Shown here in pieces: positions 57,395 through 64,000 of a stretch of 64,000 bases of DNA. The DNA is taken from the NCBI GenBank assembly GCA_041671125.1, contig JBAZCA010000002.1, positions 42,634 to 106,633 on the forward strand. The letters run 5' to 3'. Source of the DNA: Patescibacteria group bacterium (lineage in GTDB: Bacteria; Patescibacteriota; Patescibacteriia; Patescibacteriales; JBAZCA01). The notes beneath the pieces were generated by a model. It ran no database searches. It was not told where the DNA came from and saw only the letters and a list, made by a program, of their open reading frames with translations. Position 1 is the stretch's first letter. Every line of letters starts with the position of its first letter. A program made the position numbers and the translations under genes.

Positions 57395-58768
57395 ATGCGA
57401 AAAAAAGCCATAATTGAAAAAATCGCCTCAGCGCCAGCGACCGCGCTGGAGTACGGGATAGAGGAGGCGGAAAAATTTGAAAAAGAGCTGATCAGTAAAA
57501 AGCCGGTTCAAGCCGCCGAAGTCTACTGGAAAAACCTCGGCCCGGGGTTAACGACCGGAGCGGCTGACGACGATCCGTCCGGCATCGCAACCTATTCTCA
57601 AACCGGGGCTAAATTCGGCTACCAGCTATTATGGCTCGCGCCCATTACCTTTCCCCTGATGGCCGTAATCCAGGAGATGTGTTCCCGCGTCAGCATGATT
57701 ACCGGCCGCGGCCTCGCGAGAAACATAAAACTCCGTTATCCCGCCTGGGTGCTTTACAGCACAACGGCCATGCTTTTTTTCGCCAATAGCTTTAATATCG
57801 GTGCCAATCTAGGCATTATGGCCAAAGCTACCCAGCTTCTTTTTCCGGGCGTTGGATTTGTATTTCTCCTTATCACTTTTTCTCTCACCTCCGTCCTCTT
57901 GCAGATTTTTACCGCTTACGCGCGTTACGCCCGCTTTCTTAAATACCTCGCACTGGTTCTTTTTTTCTACGCCTTTTCCGCCCTGAGCATGAACCTTGAC
58001 TGGAGATCGGTCTTCAAAAGTATTATCGCGCCGTCCATCACTTTTTCCCGGGACCAGCTTTATCTTATTTGCGCGATTTTTGGCACGACCATTTCGCCTT
58101 ATCTTTTTTTCTGGCAAAGCTCGCAGGAAGTTGAAGAGGAAATATTGGAAGGCCGGCGGACCGTCCGGGAACGGCAAAAGAATAATACTGACGCGGACAT
58201 AAAAAAAATGCGGATTGATGTCTGGTCCGGCATGCTCATTTCTAATGCCGCCATGTTTTTCATTATTGTCGCCTGCGCCGGTGCGCTTTTTAAAAACGGC
58301 TTAACTGATGTAGGATCAGCCGAGCAGGCGGCCCTTGCCCTCCGGCCGTTCGCCGGGGAGCTGGCTTTCTTTTTTTTCAGCGCCGGAATAATCGGTACCG
58401 GCCTTTTATCTATTCCTGTTCTCGCTGGCTCGGCTTCATATGCTTTGTCCGAAGCCTTTGGCTGGAAAAACGGGCTTTACCGAAAATTAAAGGACGCCAA
58501 AGCCTTTTACGGAATAATTATTATTTCTATGATCCTCGGCCTCCTCGTCAATTCGCTCGGTATAGATCCAATAAAAACCCTGGTCTTTTCGGCTGTTTTA
58601 AACGGCCTGATCGCTCCGATAATTCTTTATTTAATCGTCAGCATAGCCCGGGATAAAAAAATAATGGGCCGATTTAAAAATTCTCGCCTGTCATCCATGC
58701 TTGGATGGACAACCATACTAATCATGAGCCTTGCGGGGATAGCGGTGGTCGGGGGATTTTTTATGTGA
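57395..58768 (+). CDS. Nramp-related transporter, NRMT-like (predicted Mg2+ rather than Mn2+/Fe2+)
   Basis: Nramp TM1 consensus GPGL..DDDPSG...FGYQLLW, with DPGN changed to DPSG. The TM6 region lacks the MPH Met/His. Confidence 0.7.
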   Translation: MRKKAIIEKIASAPATALEYGIEEAEKFEKELISKKPVQAAEVYWKNLGPGLTTGAADDDPSGIATYSQTGAKFGYQLLWLAPITFPLMAVIQEMCSRVSMITGRGLARNIKLRYPAWVLYSTTAMLFFANSFNIGANLGIMAKATQLLFPGVGFVFLLITFSLTSVLLQIFTAYARYARFLKYLALVLFFYAFSALSMNLDWRSVFKSIIAPSITFSRDQLYLICAIFGTTISPYLFFWQSSQEVEEEILEGRRTVRERQKNNTDADIKKMRIDVWSGMLISNAAMFFIIVACAGALFKNGLTDVGSAEQAALALRPFAGELAFFFFSAGIIGTGLLSIPVLAGSASYALSEAFGWKNGLYRKLKDAKAFYGIIIISMILGLLVNSLGIDPIKTLVFSAVLNGLIAPIILYLIVSIARDKKIMGRFKNSRLSSMLGWTTILIMSLAGIAVVGGFFM

Positions 58769-58839
58769 TTCCTATTCCGGTTATTATAAAAAGGTGATAA
58801 AATTAAATAAAGCGAATTTGTAAAATTAATTACCAGATT

Positions 58840-59352
58840 ATGGACGATAAAAACAGCGCTAAACCGGAAAAACCGGCCGCGATAATAAATCTTGAAAAAA
58901 AGGCCGAAACCAGGCATCCTGGAAAAAAGGCGACTCCGGAAAAAAAATTTGAAATTAATAATGCCAAAGAAAAGGTTTTGGCTGAAATAAATCGGAGCCA
59001 GTCCGGTGAGGTGCCAGCCAGCCCCAATATCTCTTTATTCGCCGGGACGCTCGCCGATGCCTCAAACCTGCAAAAAGCCGGCCAGACCCGGCAAAAAGAA
59101 GTTGAAAAAATAATGGAAGAAAATATTGAAAAAATATTTTTAAGCCTGTCCCCGAAAAAACAGGCGGAATTTAAAATCGCGGGCGAGCGGACCGCGGCCG
59201 AAATCAACGGACTTTTAGAAAAAGGCAAAGCCACCATGAAAAAGGTCATAGATCTCATAAAAAAATGGCTTTTAATTATTCCGGGCGTCAACCGGTTTTT
59301 CTTAGAGCAGGAAGCGAAAATCAAGGCCGATAAAATACTGGGTGTAAAATAA
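58840..59352 (+). CDS. hypothetical Lys-rich protein
   Basis: ORF only. Confidence 0.4.
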   Translation: MDDKNSAKPEKPAAIINLEKKAETRHPGKKATPEKKFEINNAKEKVLAEINRSQSGEVPASPNISLFAGTLADASNLQKAGQTRQKEVEKIMEENIEKIFLSLSPKKQAEFKIAGERTAAEINGLLEKGKATMKKVIDLIKKWLLIIPGVNRFFLEQEAKIKADKILGVK

Positions 59353-59410
59353 AAACGCCCCGCTTTTTAGCGGAACGGCTTTATTAAAACCAGGGACTTT
59401 CCCCGGGTTT

Positions 59411-59692
59411 TTATTTTTGCGGAATAACGTTTACGATATTCGTCGTAATTAGCTGGCTGTTGAATTTCTTCAGTTTCTTTTTGGCGAATTTAACAAACCC
59501 GGCCGCTGAAGCGAAAAGGGTGTCGTCAACGCCCCGCATAACGTTTTTTCCCGGATGGAATTTTGTCCCTCTTTGGCGGATGATTATCGCCCCGGCTTTG
59601 GCATATTCCCCGTCGTATAATTTTACCCCGAGCCTTTTGCTTTGCGATTCGCGACCCAGCGCGGTTGAACCCCCGGCTTTTTTGTGCGCCAT
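59411..59692 (-). CDS. rpmA: 50S ribosomal protein L27
   Basis: [24 protein letters not shown]... Confidence 0.9.
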   Translation of the reverse strand: MAHKKAGGSTALGRESQSKRLGVKLYDGEYAKAGAIIIRQRGTKFHPGKNVMRGVDDTLFASAAGFVKFAKKKLKKFNSQLITTNIVNVIPQK

Positions 59693-59783
59693 ATTGTTTA
59701 AAATTTTTAATTTTTATTACTCGTCCGCAACAGCGCGAATTTGTCTTAAAAATTAAAAATTACAAAATTAAAAATTTAATTTG

Positions 59784-59855
59784 TAGCCTCTAGGGGAATT
59801 GAACCCCTCTTCCGTGGCTGAGAACCACGTGTCCTAGCCGATAGACGAAGAGGCC
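59784..59855 (-). tRNA. tRNA-Glu (anticodon CTC)
   Basis: Hand-folded on the minus strand: acceptor GGCCTCT/AGAGGCT with G1·U72, D stem GTCT/GGAC, anticodon stem CGTGG/CCACG with loop TTCTCAG, T arm AGGGG-TTCAATT-CCCCT. Similar to E. coli tRNA-Glu. Confidence 0.65.
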
Positions 59856-59863
59856 GCTGTAAT

Positions 59864-60820
59864 TTACGATTGCCAATTGGCAATTTTCAATTTATTTCCG
59901 TAGCCGTTAATAAACTCATTGCCAGTCATCGGCTTTTTTCCCGCGGGCTGTATCTTTTTGATAATCAGCGCGTCCTTTCCGCACTGAACCGCCAATTCGC
60001 CGCTATATGAAAAAAAATATCCTGGCTGGTGTTTGTTGATTAAAGCAGGGTTATGCGCCACCTTAATTATTTTAATTCTTAATTCGTAATTCTTAATTCG
60101 TAATTCACTATGGCATCCCGGCCAAGGATTATAAGCCCTGACCATCCTTTCAATCTCTTCGGCGGATTTTTGCCAATCAATTTCGGCGTCGCTTTTTTTC
60201 AGCGTCCGGGCGTAAGTCGCTTCCCGGCCATCCTGCGCGATCGGCTTTATTTCGCCTTTAATGTACTTTTTAAGAAGCGGAATGAAAATTTCCAGTCCAC
60301 AATCCGTTAGCTTATTAAAAAGCGACAGGGCCGTGTCCGTCGCTCTGACTTTAACTATATTTTGCCCTAAAACCGGGCCAATGTCAAGCCCGGCTTCCAT
60401 TTTCATGATACTTACGCCGGTTTCCAGGTCTCCGTTTAAAATCGCCGCCTGGATCGGCGCGGCGCCGCGGTATTTTGGAAGAAGGGAAGCGTGGATGTTT
60501 ATAAAGCCGTATTTCGGGATGTTAAGGATTGACTGGGGTATAATCTGTCCGTAAGCCGCGACAACGGCCAAGTCCGGCCTAAGGTTTTTAATTTTCGATT
60601 CAAGTTCCGCTATTTTCTCCGGCTGAAAAACCGGCAGACCGAGTTCTATGGCGAGCTTTTTAACCGGCAGGAAAGTGATATCATGCTTCCTCCCGACTGC
60701 CTTATCAGCCTGCGTTGCAACGCCCAAAACCTCAAAACCATCGTCTTCTGCCAAAGCTTTTAAAAAAGGGGCGGCAAAATCCGGCGTGCCCATAAATATT
60801 GTTTTTATTTTGTTTTGCAT
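59864..60820 (-). CDS. fmt: methionyl-tRNA formyltransferase
   Basis: Formyl-transferase N-terminal domain (HASLLPKYRGAAPI) plus the C-terminal domain. It contains an in-frame repeat insertion ELRIKNYELRIK. Confidence 0.9.
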   Translation of the reverse strand: MQNKIKTIFMGTPDFAAPFLKALAEDDGFEVLGVATQADKAVGRKHDITFLPVKKLAIELGLPVFQPEKIAELESKIKNLRPDLAVVAAYGQIIPQSILNIPKYGFINIHASLLPKYRGAAPIQAAILNGDLETGVSIMKMEAGLDIGPVLGQNIVKVRATDTALSLFNKLTDCGLEIFIPLLKKYIKGEIKPIAQDGREATYARTLKKSDAEIDWQKSAEEIERMVRAYNPWPGCHSELRIKNYELRIKIIKVAHNPALINKHQPGYFFSYSGELAVQCGKDALIIKKIQPAGKKPMTGNEFINGYGNKLKIANWQS

Positions 60821-60837
60821 GTTATAATAAAATATAT

Positions 60838-61452
60838 ATGCTTACCGCTTTTTTTGACCCATTACTCCAAATCGCCCAAGGCCTCGGTTACGGGGGTATT
60901 GTATTAATGATGACTGTTGAGAGTTCTTTTTTTCCCCTGCCTTCGGAAATTGTCATCCCGCCTTTCGCTTATCTTGCGTCCAAAGGGGAATTAAACATCT
61001 TCGGCGTAATTCTCTCCGGAACATTAGGAAGCCTAATTGGCGCTTCTTTTAATTATTTTCTCGCGAAAATTATCGGCCAGGCTTTTGTCTATAAAATTTT
61101 CGGGCATCGCTACGCCAAATACATTTTTTTAAACCAGCGAAAAATGCGTCACGCCGAAGAATTTTTTCTTAAAAACGCCGACGCTTCAACTTTTTTCGGC
61201 CGGCTCATTCCCGGCGTCCGGCATCTTATTTCCATTCCGGCCGGATTCTTCAGGATGAATTTTCGCGCTTTTCTTATTTATACCACCCTTGGTTCGCTTA
61301 TCTGGGTCAGCATGCTCGCCTCGCTCGGCTATTTCTTCGGACAAAACGAAGAACTGCTCATGGCTTTCTTTAAAGAAATCACGATTGCCGTCGCCGTCCT
61401 TTCCGTCCTGGCCATAACCGGAATTTTGCTATATAAAAAAAAGCGGAAATAA
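60838..61452 (+). CDS. DedA-family membrane protein
   Basis: SNARE-associated/DedA motif around ESSFFPLPSE. Internal Met start at 60838 chosen so it does not overlap the fmt start. Confidence 0.8.
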   Translation: MLTAFFDPLLQIAQGLGYGGIVLMMTVESSFFPLPSEIVIPPFAYLASKGELNIFGVILSGTLGSLIGASFNYFLAKIIGQAFVYKIFGHRYAKYIFLNQRKMRHAEEFFLKNADASTFFGRLIPGVRHLISIPAGFFRMNFRAFLIYTTLGSLIWVSMLASLGYFFGQNEELLMAFFKEITIAVAVLSVLAITGILLYKKKRK

Positions 61453-61481
61453 CCGGCTTTTCGGTTCGCGGCCTTGCTTTA

Positions 61482-61940
61482 CTATCCGGCTTTTTTAACA
61501 TTCCTCGCTTTGGAAATAAACAGAATCCCGTCAAGATGGTCTATCTCGTGCTGGAATACTCTTGCCAAAAACCCTTCAGCCTTGATGGTTTTTTTTTCGC
61601 CTTTTTCATCAACATACTCGCAAGTAATTTTTTTGTGGCGCCGGACTTCGCCGAAAAAACCCGGCACCGAAAGACAGCCCTCTTCGCCCCATTCTTTGGT
61701 TAAAGATTTTTTTATTATTTTCGGGTTAAAGATAAAAAGCGGCCCGTCTTTGGTATTGATTAGCGCCAGCCGCAGACCTTTGCCGATTTGCGGCGCCGCC
61801 AGCCCGGCTCCGTCGGCCGAAAGCATCATTTTAACCATGTCCGCGGCTAATTTTTTCGTTCGCGGGGACAGGATATCCTTAATATCAAAGACTTTAGCCC
61901 GGGTAATGAGTATTTTATTGGGGTGAGTTATAATTTTCAT
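61482..61940 (-). CDS. def: peptide deformylase
   Basis: GKGLRLAAPQIG, EGCLSVPG and QHEIDHLDG motifs. Confidence 0.9.
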   Translation of the reverse strand: MKIITHPNKILITRAKVFDIKDILSPRTKKLAADMVKMMLSADGAGLAAPQIGKGLRLALINTKDGPLFIFNPKIIKKSLTKEWGEEGCLSVPGFFGEVRRHKKITCEYVDEKGEKKTIKAEGFLARVFQHEIDHLDGILFISKARNVKKAG

Positions 61941-62189
61941 TATTCATTTATAACACGAATATTGAGATAATTCAAGATTGACAGCCGGAAGATTTTGTTA
62001 TATTCTAGTAAACATAAACAGACAATCGCGAATAGACGGTCACGAGAAATTATTCTGGATTCATTATCTATTTTTCGCCTATTGCCGATTGCCTGTTTTC
62101 TATTTACTAAATAATATCTTGCATGTCCTGATAATTTCCTTGCCCCGCGAACGCGGGATAAACAGGGCAGAAGATTAAAGGAAAAGACT

Positions 62190-62927
62190 ATGGTTAAAAT
62201 CCCGACAGTTGAAGAGATGCTCAAAGCAGGCATGCATTTTGGGCACCGGACCTCAAGGTGGCATCCGAAAATGGCCCCTTATATTTTTACCGCGAGAAAC
62301 GGAGTGCACATCATTGACCTTGAAAAGAGCCGAAAAAAGCTTTCTGAAGCCCTGGAATTTATTAAAACAAGCATTGGCCAGGGAAAAGTCGTGCTTTTTG
62401 TCGGCACTAAAGAGCAGGTTAAAGACCAGCTAAAAAAGATGGCCGCCGAAACCGGCCAGCCATATTCAGCCGAAAGCTGGCTTGGAGGCCTTCTGACTAA
62501 TTTCACGGTTGTCCGAAAATCCATCCGCAAGTATAACGACCTGGTTTCCAAAAGGGAAACCGGCAAGCTGGAAAAATATACAAAAAAAGAACGCCTTGAA
62601 ATAGACCGGGAAATTAAACGGCTAGAAGCTAAAGTGGGCGGACTCGCGCAGCTGGAAAAAATTCCTGACGTGATATTCATCTGGGATCCGAAAAACGACC
62701 AAACAGCCTTGAAAGAAGCTGTTAAAAGGGGACTGTTGGTAGTCGCCGTCTGCGATACCAACGCTAACCCTAAAGGCGTGGATTACATCATTCCCGCCAA
62801 TGACGACGCCACGAAAACCGTAAAACTGGTTCTCGCCACGATAAAAGACGCGGTTATTGAAGGCAAAGAGCTGAGAAAAAGCGAGGAAACGAGAAAAACG
62901 GAAGAAAAAATTTTACAAACGCGATAA
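62190..62927 (+). CDS. rpsB: 30S ribosomal protein S2
   Basis: MLKAGMHFGHRTSRWHPKM... Confidence 0.95.
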   Translation: MVKIPTVEEMLKAGMHFGHRTSRWHPKMAPYIFTARNGVHIIDLEKSRKKLSEALEFIKTSIGQGKVVLFVGTKEQVKDQLKKMAAETGQPYSAESWLGGLLTNFTVVRKSIRKYNDLVSKRETGKLEKYTKKERLEIDREIKRLEAKVGGLAQLEKIPDVIFIWDPKNDQTALKEAVKRGLLVVAVCDTNANPKGVDYIIPANDDATKTVKLVLATIKDAVIEGKELRKSEETRKTEEKILQTR

Positions 62928-62999
62928 CTGCCATGAATACGAATATTTTATTTTTGGTGATTTTGGTTTTGTAAGTCATATGTTTAATTAACAACAATC

Positions 63000-63115
63000 A
63001 ATTACAAATTAAAAATTACGAATTATGAATTTTTGCGTTATCAGTGATTCGCGCGTTCATTAATAGGAGATAATTTAATTTTTAATTCGTAATTTGTAAT
63101 TGCTAATTCAATAAT
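63000..63115. repeat. palindromic short-tandem-repeat element (AATTACGAATTA units)
   Basis: CAATTACAAATT...AATTACGAATTATGAATTTTT ... AATTTTTAATTCGTAATTTGTAATTG. The outer 12 bp pair perfectly. Lies between rpsB and tsf. Confidence 0.6.
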
Positions 63116-63116
63116 T

Positions 63117-63920
63117 ATGATGGATAAAATAAAATCCTTGCGCGAAAGAACCGGCGCCGGAATGGTGGACTGCAAAAAAGCCCTTGAAGAATCAGGCGGC
63201 GACATGGATAAAGCCGTGGAAATTTTAAGGAAAAAAGGCATTGCTAAGGCGGCAAAAAGGGAAGAGCGCGCCGCGAACGAGGGTTTAATATTGGCCAAAA
63301 TCGATGAGTCAGGAAAAAAAGCTTTTATTATTGAAGTGAATTCTGAAACCGATTTTGTTTCCAGGAATGGAAAATTCATCAGTTTTGTTGAAAATGTATT
63401 GAAAACCGCGCAAAAAGACCAGCCGCAAAATATTAACGATCTTCTGGCTTTAAAAATGGCCGATGGCAATACTGTTAAGGATAACCTTAACAGTTTAAGC
63501 GGCGTAATCGCGGAAAAGCTCGGGATTAAAAGGTTTGATATAATTTCCACTTCAGGAACCTCTGCCGCCTATTCCCATGCCGGAGGAAGAGTCGCCGCGA
63601 TAGCGGCTTTAAGCGCTCCAGATCAGGCTGAACTGGCTTACGAAATAGCCATGCAGGTCGCCGCGGCCGGACCGAAATACATCACCCGTGAAGAAGTGCC
63701 CGCAGAGGATATTGAAAAAGAAAAAGAAATTTACCGGGAACAGCTTAAAAAAGAAGGCAAGCCCGAAGCGATGATTGAAAAAATTATTCAGGGTAAATTA
63801 AATAAATACTTTGAAGAAATCTGCCTCGTTGACCAGGAATACATCAAGGACGACGGGAAGCGCGTAAAAGATATTCTCGGAGACGTCAAAGTTGAAGGTT
63901 TTGTCAGATATAGCTTATAA
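63117..63920 (+). CDS. tsf: elongation factor Ts
   Basis: UBA-like N-terminus LRERTGAGMVDCKKAL and the dimerisation core. Confidence 0.95.
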   Translation: MMDKIKSLRERTGAGMVDCKKALEESGGDMDKAVEILRKKGIAKAAKREERAANEGLILAKIDESGKKAFIIEVNSETDFVSRNGKFISFVENVLKTAQKDQPQNINDLLALKMADGNTVKDNLNSLSGVIAEKLGIKRFDIISTSGTSAAYSHAGGRVAAIAALSAPDQAELAYEIAMQVAAAGPKYITREEVPAEDIEKEKEIYREQLKKEGKPEAMIEKIIQGKLNKYFEEICLVDQEYIKDDGKRVKDILGDVKVEGFVRYSL

Positions 63921-64000
63921 ATTTTCAATTTTCAATTTTCAAAATTTAAATTAAATAAATTTTGGATTGATTGGAATTTGGAATTTGGAATTTTAATGAG
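63921..64000. repeat. palindromic short-tandem-repeat element (CAATTTT / GGAATTT units), truncated by the window end
   Basis: TTTTCAATTTTCAATTTTCAAAATTT...AAATTTTGGATTGATTGGAATTTGGAATTTGGAATTTT. Confidence 0.5.

Noticed and set aside
1-64000. Possible alternative genetic code (UGA recoding) as seen in some CPR lineages
   Set aside because: Conserved genes (gyrB, cysS, RND, pilB) translate full-length with standard stops and end at TGA/TAA/TAG as expected, so no in-frame UGA read-through is needed.

Overview
This is an AT-rich, gene-dense bacterial window of about 64 kb. Its gene content looks like a small-genome Candidate Phyla Radiation (Patescibacteria)-type organism; this is inferred from content, not proven. 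Most ORFs are long under the standard code, so no UGA recoding is indicated.

Main contents, left to right:
- A 5'-partial Doc/Fic toxin gene at the window edge.
- A thiol-redox and metal(loid)-resistance-like operon: ArsR, a thioredoxin-like protein, an ArsP-type permease carrying a TPFCSCSS motif, a Trx-like lipoprotein, a CcdA/DsbD-like membrane protein, and a Cys-rich protein.
- An unusual fusion ORF of an APH/choline-kinase-like phosphotransferase with a type-1 isopentenyl-diphosphate isomerase (motif NTCCSHP).
- lexA, followed by about 900 bp of non-coding DNA that holds a Nif3-like gene remnant.
- An RND efflux pump with a very long coiled-coil membrane fusion protein and a MarR regulator.
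- A YhhQ-type queuosine-precursor transporter.
- A NOX-like ferric reductase gene bracketed by two inverted copies of a roughly 150 bp MITE-like hairpin element, with a third related element next to it.
- A LUD-domain protein and glutamate dehydrogenase.
- A frameshifted PQQ-dependent sugar dehydrogenase.
- A DUF4258/DUF2283 toxin-antitoxin-like pair.
- gyrB.
- A HepT-like protein with an altered Rx4HxY motif.
- rodA, rplY, a DUF3048 protein, rpmG, an AI-2E transporter, tRNA-Trp and HU.
- A GT2 glycosyltransferase and a type IV pilus locus (pilB, pilC, three prepilins, a large PilX-like protein, pilM, pilN, pilO).
- mraY and ftsW.
- A tandem GT4 glycosyltransferase, a DUF4012 protein, a DUF11 repeat protein, tgt, an O-antigen-ligase/TPR protein and cysS.
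- Secreted hypothetical proteins.
- A divergent pair of an atypical CorA (SMD instead of GMN) and an NRMT-like Nramp (DPSG instead of DPGN).
- rpmA, tRNA-Glu, fmt, dedA, def, rpsB and tsf.

The non-coding DNA is the most distinctive part. At least a dozen intergenic elements are each built from an inverted arrangement of a short A/T-rich tandem motif (GGAATTT, CAATTTT, ATAACTCAT/ATGGGTTAT, AATTACGAATT and others). Some would form G·U-containing hairpins only in the plus-strand RNA. One arm-like copy sits in-frame inside fmt.
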